The notes: generated from the sequence alone by a model not told the origin. 64,000 bases of DNA from Protoeuglena noctilucae (GCA_958009085.1 OY253668.1:496001-560000), one strand, 5' to 3'. Numbered from the stretch's first letter, positions 24,663-37,700 are shown. Program-made: numbers and translations.

Positions 24663-27600
24663 TCACGGTCCGAGGAGCGGCGCGAAGGGCCCCTCGATGA
24701 GCCTGTTGTGGCGGTCGCGGTGCGGCCACTGGTCAAAGAGCGGGTTGTACCAGATGTGCCCGGGGTGCTTCTCGGGGACGCAGCGCCACAGCGCCGCGCC
24801 GACCTTGAACCGCAACTCGAGCTGCTCCTGCCGCCGGCGGTCCTCGAAGCCCCCGAAGAGCCCCACGGTGCTCGTGAACTCCAGCACGCTCACGCTTGCC
24901 AGTTCGCGCAGGAAGGGCTCCAAGTCCTGGTCCGTCAGGCCCGCCTCGAGGGGCAGGGTGTCCCCGGGGCGCGCTGTGGCCGCGTCACCGGTGCAGCCGG
25001 GGACGAAGCAGAGCTCAACGATCACGCGGTCGCGCTTGACGTCGTCCATCAGCTTCGGGTTCTGCGAGCGGCGGAGAGGTGCGGCTGGACGCGGTGAATG
25101 GGAGTCACCACCCTGGCGTGGGCGGGAACCCCTTCAGTGTTGCGACCGTGCCGGTCTGCCCCACGGCTGGCGCCCACCACCACACTCGGCGTCCAATGCA
25201 GCCGCATCCCCGCACGCACCAGGAGGAAGGAGAACTCCCGGAAGTCCACACGGGGCCCCCCGGCATCAGCAGGGAGGCGCGTGCTCATCCAGTCCTCCAC
25301 GCCGAAGACGTGGTCCATGGGGCACAGGTACGGCAGGTCGAGGTCTGAACCCGGCATGACACCTGGGCGGAGGAAGGAGGGTTGGCGGCAGTCGATGCCG
25401 AAGGCGGTGTTGGGTCAATGTGTCTTGCCCAAGGACTGAAACGCTTCCTTGTTGACATCACTACCCCACGACATGAATTGCCAGCCCGACCCACACCAGA
25501 TCGGCAGCTCTCACCGAAGTGGCCGAACCAGCTCCGGTCAAGGCCGCACCAGAGCGGCGGCATGATGAGGACGCGCCCCGTCATCTGCGCAATGGCGTAC
25601 GCCGACCTGACCTGGTACATCTAGTAGTGCACCAGGTTGAAGTGGCCCACTGCGGTGGCGCGGCCTCGTACGCAGCTCGAGCGATGTACACGTCAGCACA
25701 CCCATCGCATGCGCCGCAGCTGCCCACGGAGCCGCCGCAGATATCAAAGCATCAGCCGCACGCAGGCTCATCCAGACAGGGCCGCGGACTCGCCCGTCTC
25801 CTCGGGCGTCAGTCCGTTTGGCCGGGGAGGCACCGAGGCCTCCAGGAGCTGCCGTGGTACGTCCGGGTGGAAGAAGACGAAGCCCGCTTCGGACTCGTAG
25901 TAGTCGGGAGGGTCGTCCCACAGCAGCATCTCCCGGAACCTGGGCAAGCAAACGAAGTGCGCACGCTTGGCCATCGTGCGCCTCTCATGACCTGGCTCGC
26001 GAATGCCGTGGCATGTCGCACGCTCACCTGTGGCGCTTGCCCTCGGTTCCCGAGTACTGGAAGGTGTTGTGGACGACGTAGGGGTGCACGCCGTGCTTCT
26101 CAAACATCCGCTGCACGTAGTACGTGTGACCATTGGCGAAGAGCGACGTGGGGAGGATGCCCATGCGCAGGTGGCCCCCGTATGCCATGAACGAGCCGTC
26201 GTTGCTCTCGTGGTTGCGCCAACCGAACCGTCCGCCCTCTTCCTTGGGAGCGCGCCTGGATGGACGGTTGCGCAGACGCGGCGTTACAGGCGCCGCGCGT
26301 TGCCTGGACGCCGGCGGTCGCCTGTAGACAGCGCGCGCGCCCCCTCGCCTGAAGAGGTCGTTGAATGCGTTCTGGTCCCAGTAGTTGTCGTCCTCCAGGA
26401 TCATGTCCAGCCACTCGCGGGCAAAGGCGTGCGCCGCGGGCTTGAAGTACATGATGCCGATGTTCGCCGGCCCCCCGCACCTGTCGAAGTTCTCCAGGTG
26501 GTCCTCTCTCTCCTATAACGCGCGGAACAAGTGAGCGTGCGATCGACTGCTGCACCCTCGACACACTCCCCTCCCAGGTCGGTCCACGCCGCGCACCTTG
26601 GTCGTGGTGGTGAGGCAGTCGGACGAGCTGAGGATGTCGCACTCGGGGCAGACCGGGAGGAACTCTCGAAAGTCGCGCATCCAGACCGTGTCGACGTCTG
26701 AAATGAGGACGTCGAAGCCCATCCCCGTGAAGGCCGCGATGAGGCGCACCTTCTCCCGACCCATTTTGTGGAAGCTCCGGGAACCCCACCCGAAGTCGGT
26801 CTACTCCAGACCCGAGTCCATGCTGAAGGTGTGGATGCCCCGTCCGACCAGCTCTTGGAGTAGCTCGTTGTCCATCGCACCCACGACGTACGCCTGCACC
26901 CCGCTGGCCTCCACGTGCTCCACCCAGTTGAGCACTGCGACCGACACGCGGCGGGGGGAGTCGCGCAGGGGCGGGCAACGCTCACGCATGATGGCTCACG
27001 CCTGATGGGTCGACGCCTCACCAAAGTCCAAGTAGTGGTAGTTGGCCCAGGTGACCATGATAAAGTTGTCCTCCGCGAACGTCTCCATGAACTCCCTGCT
27101 CAGCGCGTACGCCTCCGGGTCCACGTCGACGGCATCCTTGCTGGCGTGCCGGTACGTGAGCGAGCGGTGCTGCTCGACGTGCCACGCGGGGGCCAGGCCG
27201 TGCGTGACCTGCGGGGACAGAACGGCCGCGGGATAGCACGTGCGAGCGCTCGGGCGCGATCCCTGCGCAACGGCCTCCTCCGCTGCCCACCTGCCGCTCC
27301 CAAAAGTTGCCGACGTTCGCGGCGGGCTCATACGTCTCCCAGAACGGGTCATCGGATGAACCCGCGAAGGAGTACGGGTTGGCGTCCCACACGACCTTGG
27401 GCGCGGTCGTGGGCTTCGGCGGAGGCCTTGTAGCACGCGGGGTGAGCTTGGGCGTTGGGGCTGGCGTGGGCTTGGGCGTCGCCGCAGCTGTTGGCGACGC
27501 CACGGGCGTCACCTTCACCGACGGCTGCGGAGCAGCATGGAGTATTTCTCGCTTGACACGCTACAAGTAAAGACATAACGGCAGAGGCCGCAGGGCGGCG

Positions 27601-28009
27601 GCAGGCGCACCCAGATGCCAGGGGATGTAGGGCAGCTGGTCTCCCGCGCTCGGCTCACCTTGGTTTCGGCCCCTGCGTATCCCGTCGCGTTTCCGTCTTC
27701 AACAACTGCAGGGCTCTGTGCACCAGCCCTGTAGCCGCCCGGGTCGGACACCAAACTGCTGCCGGGGGGGTCTGGCCTGCGGAGCGTGATGGCTTTCTGC
27801 AGGCAGACAAGGGAGATGACATGTCATTGTGCTCATCGCTTGCATCAGCGTGCTGAGCATCCCCCCACACGCGCCCAAGCACCACGCACCGGCCCTGCAT
27901 TCAGCGCAGGCGTGCCCACAATCCCGACGATGACGCCAACCAGGAAGAGCACGACGTACGACAGCGCTCTGTTGAGAGAGCGTTGCCATGACCCCGCGCC
28001 TTCCGTCAT
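24663..28009 (-). CDS. XEG113: GT77 arabinosyltransferase XEG113-like type II membrane protein, about 11 exons, with two internal in-frame TAG codons (26801-26803, 25621-25623)
   Basis: N-terminal TM (YVVLFLVGVIVGIVG), IMVTWANYHYLDF|VLNWVEH, VGAMD, DFGWGSRSFHKMGREKV, SDVDTVW, NIGIMYF, WDQNAFNDL, GHTYYVQ, VHNTFQYSGTEGKRHR|FRE, MPPLWCGLDR, CPMDHVF, FREFSFL and PGHIWY. Confidence 0.9.
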
Positions 28010-28767
28010 CGACCCCAGCTACGGCACAGGCCACGTCATGGCTTTACGAAGACATCCTGATTCGTGCCAGGCCCAGCCCGCCACGGCAGCACCTCCCCGA
28101 CTACAAGCTGACGGCTAGCAGCAGGACAGCGTCTGTCGCTGACATTCAGCTGCATGTTTGTGCCGCACGACCTAGGCTAATCTCGTCAGGGAGCCATCTT
28201 TGGCAGACTTCGCCGGGCTCACTTCCAGAAATTCCGATTTGCATGTCCGACGCGTGCGCTCGTGCAGGCGCTGCTGCGCGGAGGGACCGGGTACACGCTC
28301 TTTCGCCCGACGCTTTGGCCCTTCAGCTAGACTTGTCGCACAGAACCATTTCAGGACTCGGACACAGCCGGTGCGTCGCCTGCTGGGACGCGCGGTCGGG
28401 CTAGCCTGGCGTCGCCCCACCACGGTTTGAAGTGGCGCAGGGCGCGAAGGAGTCGGCAGCCCTGCTGGAGAGCCGCCCTTGTCCTCACATGCTTCTGCAG
28501 ATGATGTGCGGGCTGCGGGTGTGACGACTTGGCGGGATGGAGGGCTCCACGCGCTCCCATCCTCCGCCCGGGCGCGTTGTTGGCCCCGTGAGGTGAGCCG
28601 CGCCTGGGCGACCCCGGCCGTATCCGAGCTAATCGATCTATTTCTCATCGTAACATCTATCGAGGGGATGTGTCATCGCGCGGGCCCGCGGCTCCTGGTC
28701 ACCAGGAAGAGCAATCGCAGAGCGCCTTCTTTGCCATGCGCCCCGCAGCGACGAGGAGTGGGCGGCG

Positions 28768-31700
28768 ATGAACAAGGAGGAGTCACGGCAAGTCCAAAGT
28801 TTTGGTGCCTTTCGTGTGGGTGCGCGACGGGCGCCGGCAGCGCGCGTGCTCCCGGATCCGGCCTCGCCAGACGGCACCCCCGTTGTGAGGGACCTCGGGA
28901 AGCCCGGGAGCACGCCGGGCATCGTCTTGCGCGAGAAGAAGACAAAGAGGACGCTCGCCGACCGGACGAACCTCGGGGATTCGCTGTTGACGACGCCGTC
29001 GGCCCTGCGAGTGGCCAAGCGATCGCGGTCGCACTTTGCAGACGGGGAGAACGCCTCCAGTGAGCACGTGCACCGCGCTGGATACCGCGGGTAGCGCGCC
29101 TTCGCATCCCCTGATACGCGACCTTGCCACTGCCCTGCAGATGCTTCCTCGGGCGCAGTCGTCTCGAGCGTGGCTTCATGCACCGTCGCATGGCCCGGAC
29201 GGTGAGGCGCACATCCATGCACGCTGCCGAGTTGTTGTTATCAATACCTTGTTGCCTGCTTTTCATCATCGGCTTATGCGCACACGAGGATCGTGCACAT
29301 CATAGCCAACGACAGGCACCCTCCCTCGCTTCGCCCCAGGGAAGTCGACTGGGAGGGCCAGGCAGGCGCCCAGGTGTCGGACGGGCGAGCAGATATGAGG
29401 GTTTCGCAGAATGGCCGGGGCGGTGCGCCGTGGGCCGCGCTGCAGTCGGCGGGCCGGCTGTCCCGTGCCCAGGACGCCCGTTCCGGTGCGAGTGGTCGCG
29501 CAGACGGGCACCCTCTGGGCATCGAGGCGGCGCTGCTGCCCGCTGACACCGCTGCGTTCGAGAAAGGCCAGGCAGGGGCCTTTGCGTCAGCGAGGGATGC
29601 GTTCACGAGCCTCGCCCAACAGCGCAAGGCAGGCGCCCCGCCACGCCACGTCCTGGAGCTCCCGACGCGGACGTTCCTCCAGCCATCCCCGACCGTGGTG
29701 TCCTTCGGCAAAGTCCATGTGAGGCATTGTATTGGCTGCACCGATGGGGAGACGGATTGTTCCTGCAGCAGTGAGGTGGGCGGGCAGCTCATGCAGAGGG
29801 CCAACGCTACACCCATTTGTTCTCTGCAGTTGGGGTCCACCGCGACGCGCACACTCGTCATCACGAATCCCTCGTTGGCGACGCGGCACGTGGCCCTCGA
29901 CCGCCTGCCCTGGAGCCGGGGGTTCTCCGTGCACTGCGTGGACGCCGATGGCCCGGGCGCCGGCGAGATTCGAACGGCTTTCCAGGAACGCGGGGTCCTC
30001 AGCGTGCCCGCTCGTGGCTCCGTCTCGGTCACGCTCCAATGGCAGCCCAGGGAGATTATGGCGGTCAGGCGAGCCGTTCCTGCGACGTGCTATGCGCCAT
30101 TGCTCTTGCATCAACGTGTGCACACGCAGCGAGTCGCCTGGGCGGCGGCGGTGTCGCGCGGCCGTGCCAGCTGCGAGAACGTGCTTTGGGCGCAGGGACG
30201 TGCTGCACTTGATGCTGGAGGGCCACAGGCGTCTGTCGGTGTCCCTGCGAGGAGAGGGCCTCCCGGCTGCCGATGGAAGGGGCCCGCGCGCGCCGGAGCC
30301 CGCCGGGGCCATGGCCGCCGCCCGTGCAGACGCGGACCGCGCCCGCCGCGAGTCCGCCGCGCGCCTGCGCCTGGCGGCCCACCACCGGGACCTCGATGCC
30401 ACATTCTTCCACCGGCGGCTCTGGGCGGCCAAAATGGAGAGGGCCTTCGTGCCCTGGGTCAACCACCTCATCACCCCGCGCCAGGTGACGAGCGCTGCCT
30501 GGGACGGGCCCCTTGCAGTAAAGACCGTCGAGCTTGCGAGACCGACTCTGAGCTTCGCATGCAAACGCTCCGTTCATCAACATCCCTGAGAGCCCCGCAT
30601 GCTTGTTTCGCGCAGGGACTCGACGACGCGCGCGATGGCAATGCGCTGGCCCCCCTGGTCCGCGAGGCGCTGTGGTCTGCCTTCTCCCGTGACGAAGCGT
30701 GCGGCACGGCGCTCGCCAAGGCCGAGAGACTCGTGGACGCCGGGCGACTGCGACTGAGGCCCGAGACGTCCCTGCTGGACGACGTCATGCTTCGGCAACG
30801 TGCTGTCGACGCCCTCCTGTCCTACGACCCGTTCTGGTGAGCGAGCACCACAGTTGTGCTGCTCTCGTTCAATGCATCCCGCCACTGCACACGCATGGGA
30901 TGGCTTGAGAAGGAGCAGCAGAGTTTGGCACAGGCAGATTGCATCTGGTCTTGCCTCTGCACAGCATGACGCCCGCCAAATGCGTCCGCCCTCGCAGGCT
31001 CGCCTTGGGCATGGAGGTCGTGCTGGGCCGGGAGGTAGATCTCAGGGACGGTGTCGGGGGTGCGCTGACGCAGAGCTTCCTCCCGGCCGCGGACAGGCCG
31101 GCGCACGAGGCTGCGTCCGACGCGGCTGCGCAGGCGGAGCGTCGGGAGTCGCAGGGCCGCACCGCACTACGTCGCATCATGACCTTGGTCCTCTTGGTGA
31201 GACGCCTACTCGCTTCTGATGCCACACACGGTACCGCCGTCACGGGTCTGACTTGCATGTCGAGTTATATGCCTGGCAGCTTTGCAGCACCACCGAACTG
31301 CCTTTCTTTTACCAACCACAGTTGGACGTCATCAACGCCGCCCCCGCCTCGCCGCTGTGGTCGCTGCCGCCCACGCGGCCCCTGCTTTTCCGTACTGGTG
31401 CGGACGCCAAGTCTTCCTCGCAAGTCCTTGACACCGCACTCCGGGGCTCTCTGCTCAACGAGGGCGACCCAGTCAGGCTCCTGGCCAAGGCGGGGTACGT
31501 CCTGCGTTTCACCCAGGACCCTCGGGCGGAAATCGAGGTGAGACAAGTTGCACCACTGTCGCACAAGTGGCACTGGCGTTCAGTCCGACAGGCACGCACC
31601 CCGTTGTTTGCTCATCAAGCAATGGCGTCATGGGTCACGACGCGGCCTTTGCGACTGTCTGCCACTTATTCATGCCCCACCGGCGCCCGCAGTGGTCGTT

Positions 31701-34700
31701 CCCTCGCCTGGCGGCGGGCCTGAGCGACGGCGTGCGCCTGGTGCGGTTGGCAGAGACCCTTACAGGGACGGAGGGGCTGCTGGGGAAGGCCCACGTGCCG
31801 GCCGCAGCCCATCTGCACCGGGCGCACAACGCGGCGCTGGCGATGGACGCCCTCGCGGCCGCGGGCCTCGACATCACCAGCCCCGTCGCGACCAGCGCGG
31901 GGCACGTGCGCGTGCGGCCAGAGGATGTGGCCCGGGGGGACCTCGAGAGGACTTTGGGGCTCCTGTGGCGCGCCTTCCTCCACTTCCAAGTCTCCCAGCT
32001 CGCAGACCTCCAGGTGACGCTGCGCTCCCATCCTGCCCAGTAGTGCATAGCCTGCAACCTGCCTACTCGCATGCCACCAGAGCCCACATGTGGAAGTAGC
32101 TGTGTGCTGTCCCGCAGGCGCTGGCCTTGGAGGCGAGCCTGTGGAGCGCCAGGCACCGGCGGGGTCTGCAGTCAATGGGCGTCGAGCTGGCCAGCTGGCG
32201 CAGGGGAGACGCGCTACGCTCGGCCGGCTGCCAGCCGCTGCCGGCGCCTGGGCCGCATGCCGCACAGGCACCCGCTCCGGCACACAGTCTGCCGGGCTCT
32301 GGGGCCCTGGGGGCGCCCAAGGCTCCCCGCCCCGCGCGACTCTCGGTCCCCCAGACGTTGCTCCCTCGCCCGGGCCCCTCATCCGCACGCAGCGCGGCCT
32401 CAGCCGCATCGACGCCCTCGGGCGGTACCGCTGCGTCGGGGCTGCTCACGACGCGCAGCACGGGGTCCTCCAAGTCGCTCAGGGCCCCGAGGGTCTCGGG
32501 CAACGCCGGCAGGCCCGCACGCAAGGGGGCGAAGAAAGCGCCACCGGCAGCCCCCCCGCCGGCTGCGCACGCCCTCAACTTCCTCCAGCAGCTCCGCGCC
32601 GCCAGCGAGGCCGCGACGGGCAGCGTGGACGCGATCGTCGGCTCCGAGCTCGCCCCTGCGGTGGAGTCACAGCCGCAGCTCTCTCAGCCGTCCCACGCCA
32701 TCGCGCCCGCGGCAGCCGCGCAGGCGCCGTCCTTCCGCGGCAGGTGCCTGCCGGCGGACAGTGCGACTGATGCTGCGACCGACGGCGACGCGCCGGCCCT
32801 CCCGGCTCCCGAGACGCGCTTCGCCGGCCGGGTTGAGCCCGCGCTGCTGCGCTGGGCCCAGGCGGTGTGCGCCGGCCACGGCGTCCCCGTGCACGACCTC
32901 TCTGTGTCCTTCGCGGATGGCCGTGCCCTCTGCGCCCTCCTCCACCACTACGCCCCCAGCCGCCTCCCCCACGCCCATATCGACATGTCGGAGGCCCTGG
33001 CGCCACCCGCGGCTGCCACCCCAGCCGCCGGCACGTCTTGGGCGGAGGTCTTCCTGCGCCAGGGGAGCGTCCGCGGGCCCGGCACCGGCGACGGCGCCTC
33101 CGCGGTGCGCCACAACTTCCGCGTCTTCTGGGCAGCCGTGGACGCCATGACAGGCGCGCGCGTCCCGCACGTGCTGTCGGCGGACGATGTCTTGGAGTAC
33201 GGACCCGACCCCAGGCGAGTGGCCTTGCATGACATGAGTATATGGCTGCTGCCACGGTCCCTCCGCCACCCCTCTTGCACATGCGCTGTGGGCCTGTCAC
33301 ATAGACTTGCATGTCTCACGTGCCTCTCACGTGCCCGCACCCCCGCAGGGCCGTGGCAATGCTCCTCTGCCACCTCGCCCCGCACCTGCTGCGGTGCTCG
33401 GAGCGCGAGCGGGCGGCCTTCGTCATCGGCCACGCGTGGCGGAGGGGCCAGGCAGCTAGGCCGGGCGCCGCGAGTGCCACCCTGGCGCTGTGGCAGGCGG
33501 CGGCAGCGCGCATCCAGGCCCAGTGGCGGGTCCACCGCGCCCGGCGGGCGCTGGCGGCCAGCTGGGGCCGCCCGGCCCGGGCGCTGTCGGCGGTTGTCCG
33601 AATGCAGGCGTTGGTACGGGGGGCGCTGCAGCGGGCGGCGCTGGCAAGGTTGCACGACGTGGCCGGCACCTGCCAGGCCCGCGCCCGGGCGTGGATGGCC
33701 CGGCGCGCGGTGGCCGCCACTGTCGTGCGCGCGGGGCTCGAGTGCTGCCGCGCCCGCAAGGCCGAGGTGGGGGCGCGTCGGGCGCGGGCGGCCGCCTGGC
33801 TGATCCAGCTGGCGTGGCGGAGGGCCCGGGGGAGGCTCGCGGAAGCGCGGGCGGAGATCGAAGCCCGGCGCCGGGAGGAGGAGGAGCGGGCGGCAGCGGC
33901 GGGCCGGGCTGCGATGCGAGCGGCGGCGGAGGCGGCGGCAGCGGGGCGGATCCAGGCCGCCTTCCGGGGCTGGCGGGCGCGGGCGGGGCTGGCGAGGGCC
34001 CACAAAGCTGCGAGCACGCTGCAGCGGGCGTGGCGGGACTTCTGGGCCACCCGTACCACCCGCGAGCGAGCAGCGGCCGTCATCCAGGTGAGGGTGCTTG
34101 GGGCAGGGGTTTGGTTAGGTGACGCTGTGCTGTGCGGGCAGTAATTGACGAGGGGCGTTTGCATCCATACATTCGTGCTGAGCTAATGGACCAATCGCAG
34201 CGCTTGTCTTTGCCGCAGGGCGCCTGGCGCAAGCACCGCCACGGTTTCAGCTGCGATGCGCGGGGCGAACCGCTTTCACGTGCAATCGATGGCACGCCTG
34301 CAAGCCCAGCCAACCACGCACCGAGCGAGGACATGGCTGGTTACCATGCTGCGGACTGCCACGAAGAGATTCAAGCCAGGGGTGGGGCTGGCAATGACAA
34401 CGGGGCTGGGACTGCTGTAAGCGAAGCAAGGGACGACCTTGGCGGCCTGGGTGGATACGAGGACGATGCAGGGGATGTGTGGGAGGCGGGTATGGGCGCT
34501 GCAGGCTGGGAGAGAGAGGGGGCGGGAGACGGGGTTGTTGAGGGCCGCGATGCATGGGACAAGGGGGCTCACGGGCGTTCTTGCGTTACAGAAGAAAGGT
34601 TGGGGTCCGCGTCTGACGCCCTCGGCGCGGCTGCGACCCGGTTGCAGGCGGCGTGGCGGGGCTGGCGGGTGCGGCGGATCCTGGCGGCCCTGCGGACATT

Positions 34701-37700
34701 GGAGGTCGAGGCAGTGGTGGGCGAGGAGGGGCCACGGAGAGTCCAGGGGACCGGCCGCGAGCCCCGCGTCGTCGCAGTCAGTGACTGGGGGTCGCCGACA
34801 CCCTTGTCAGTGGACGACGGCTCAGCGAGCGCCGCTGACCCAGCCACGCCGGATGCTGTGTCGAGGGCAGCCGCGCACGGCTCTGGTGGGTTCGTCGACG
34901 CCGACCACGGCAGTCATACCATGGATGGTGTTGCGGACGTGCCGTCCCCGCTCAGCCCCAGTCCTTGGCTTGCTGGGGCCGCGGATGAGGCGGCAGGCGA
35001 GGTGGAGGCCACCGTGCGGATTGAGGACGAGGTGGACAGGCTGATGGGTGCCGAGATGGGCGCTGGAGTGGTCGAGTCAAGTGGCACTCTGGTGGGGGTG
35101 GCTGGGGCAGGTGTCGCGACGACGCCGGCGGCGTTGGTCGAGTCGCCCAGTGCTTCGGTCGATGCGAGTGAGGCGTTGCGTCAGTCCCGTGGGGCACCGG
35201 TCGCAGCCGTGGAGGCATCGGGGGCAGGGCATGGTGCGGTGGCGGATGCTGGGGACACTTGGGATGGCGTCGGGGTTGGGCGTGGCGAGGAAGAGGGCCA
35301 CGGTCACACCGCGGATGGGGAGGGAGTGGCGGAGGCGATGGCAGGAGACGGAGTCCAGGCAGCGTTTCCAGGGACGCACGGCGACTCTGTGCGCCACTCA
35401 GAGGACGCCGGCCCCGTGGCGGTCGTGTTCGCGTCTCCTGGGTCCTCGATCGCTGGCGACGTGGCTAGGGAGGTGGGCGCTGGTGCCCCCGTCGCTGTAA
35501 ACGGTGCGACGTGTGAGCCGGAGGATGCGAGCGAGCAGAGAGGGGAGAGCGAGGGTTGGCGAGGCGAGGGCGGGTTGGAGACCGGCAGAAATGGCGGTGC
35601 AGATGCGGGGGTGGGTGCGGATGCGGGGGCACGGGAGGGGAGTGCTATGCCCTTGCCTGGGCAGGCATCAGCATCCACCGTCACGCCGACCCGTCTGCCG
35701 TCGCCCCTGCCGAGCCCGCCTTCTGCGGGCGCGAGTGTCACGTGCCTACCAGCTGCAGAGCCCGCCATTGTGACTAGCGCCGGAGGTTCCCCTCTGGCCT
35801 CTCTTGTGGGCGATGCATCCATGATGGACGGCACTGGGAGTCTCAGGGACAGTGTTGGCCCGTCGCTTGCACCGTCCCAGGCCTCGCAACCCTCGCCACA
35901 CGATGCCCTGCCGGCCTGGGCGCGAGATCTTGCGTCGGCGGTCGCCGCCCGCGCGGTCCGCGAGGCGATCGCGGCCTGTGCAACGACGCCAGGGACCGCG
36001 GAGGCTCCCGTGGGTGTGGAGGCTGCAGCTGTGGAGGTTACAGGGTCGCCCGAAGCAGTGGCGACGCCTTCAGGGTCACAGGGGGGCCTGGGCCAGGCGG
36101 GTGCAACTCGCGATTCAGCAGAGCCCAGCGAGTCGAGCACTGCCGAGCCACTCAGCCCATGGCTGGGGCAAGACGCTTTCCTCGCGACGCCCGCGGCGGC
36201 CGTCGACGCTCGGCAGTCGCCCTTTGGACGCGGGGAGTGGTCGGAGGGCGCTAGGGAGCCTTCCGTCGCACCGCTTGGCATCGGCACCCCTCCTGCGGAG
36301 ACCGAGCGCGCATCCCTTGACGGGGACGAGGACCACGGTGCTGTGTACGCGTCACATGCATGGCTTGACACGGCCGCGGTGGCGTCCATAGAGGCTCCCG
36401 ACTCGGCAAGCCGCACCTCCACGCCTGACGAAGCATCTGCCTCGAGCGCACTGCGGACGGGGCCGCCTGTGGTGGTGCAGCAGCCGCCGCCGTCGCCCAC
36501 GGAGGCCGCAGCCTCTCCAACATCACTCTCCAAGCACCTGTCCGCTCTGCTCCAGACGCCGGCGGCAGCGGGGGTGCAGCCGTCGCTGACAGCTGTGTTA
36601 CAGACGCCGGCTGCTGTTGGCTTGCAGACGCCGCCAGGTCTGGACATGGCCGTCGCAGGCTCGGTTGGACACGGGGATGGGCTAGGAGACGGGGCTGCTG
36701 GTGCCGCCACGCCTTGCGCAGAGCAGCGGAGGGAGCGTGTGGACATCGCAGGCACGGATGGTCGCCTTTATGACCCAGCCAGCGACTCTGCCATGCCATT
36801 GACCATGGTGTGTGAGATGGAAACTTCTGCAGCCAGCCTCGGTGTGGCAGCCAGTGAGCCAGAGCAGGCTTCTGCAGGCACGTCATCATCTGCCGCGCGT
36901 GAGGAGGCGAGTGCTCCCTCCCCAGAGGAGGCGGCAGGACAGCGCGCCATGGCTGCCGCGACTGTGGTGCAGCGCGCCTGGCGTGCGCACAGGGACCGGG
37001 GGGAGCTGCGCGCCGCGGTGGACGCCTGGAGGGGCCGCCGCATCGTTGCAGCCGCGACCATCCAACAAGCATGGCGGTCCCGGGCCGTCCGCGCCCGCCT
37101 GCGCGACGCAGCGATGGCGGCGCTGCTGCGGCACCGGGGCGCGCGGGCCGACGCCGCTGCCCGGATCGCCGGGGTGTGGCGGCGCGTCGTCGCCCGGCGC
37201 GACCACGACGCCGCAACGTGCCTCCAGGCCGCCGCCAAGGCCGTGCGCGTGCGCTCCCTCCTCGCCCGGCTCATGGCCGCCGCGTGTGAGGCTGCCTGCG
37301 AGGAGGTGGCCATCGATTGCAGGGCCGAGCCCGGGGTGGTTGCGGCATCGCCGCCCTCACGGGACGTCTCCCAGCGCGCCCCAGACGCGAGCGCGGCAGT
37401 CACGCCCCGCCCCGCGACGACCCCTGCAGCCGTCGCGGCGACCAGCCCCGGGGAGCCTCTTGACAGCGACGCGGGCGTTCTGTCGACGGGTGCCGGCCAC
37501 GCTTCGGCTGTGATCGAAGGCCGGGATGACTCTGCCGTGGGGAGCGGGAGTGCGGAGAGGGCAGCGCAGCGAGCGTCTGAGCCCATCGGCCTCGACTTGA
37601 CGCCCCCCGCCTCGTCACACACGGTGGGGCCATCGTCCCACGACAAGCAGGGGCAGCGTTCGGCAGGGTCTGGCTACCGGTCTCCGTGGTTGGGCCTCTC

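Noticed and set aside
18791..26803. Pyrrolysine or selenocysteine insertion at the internal stops
   Set aside because: Sec uses UGA. Pyl is not known in eukaryotes, no pyl genes are visible, and the homologous residues are ordinary Trp/Gln.
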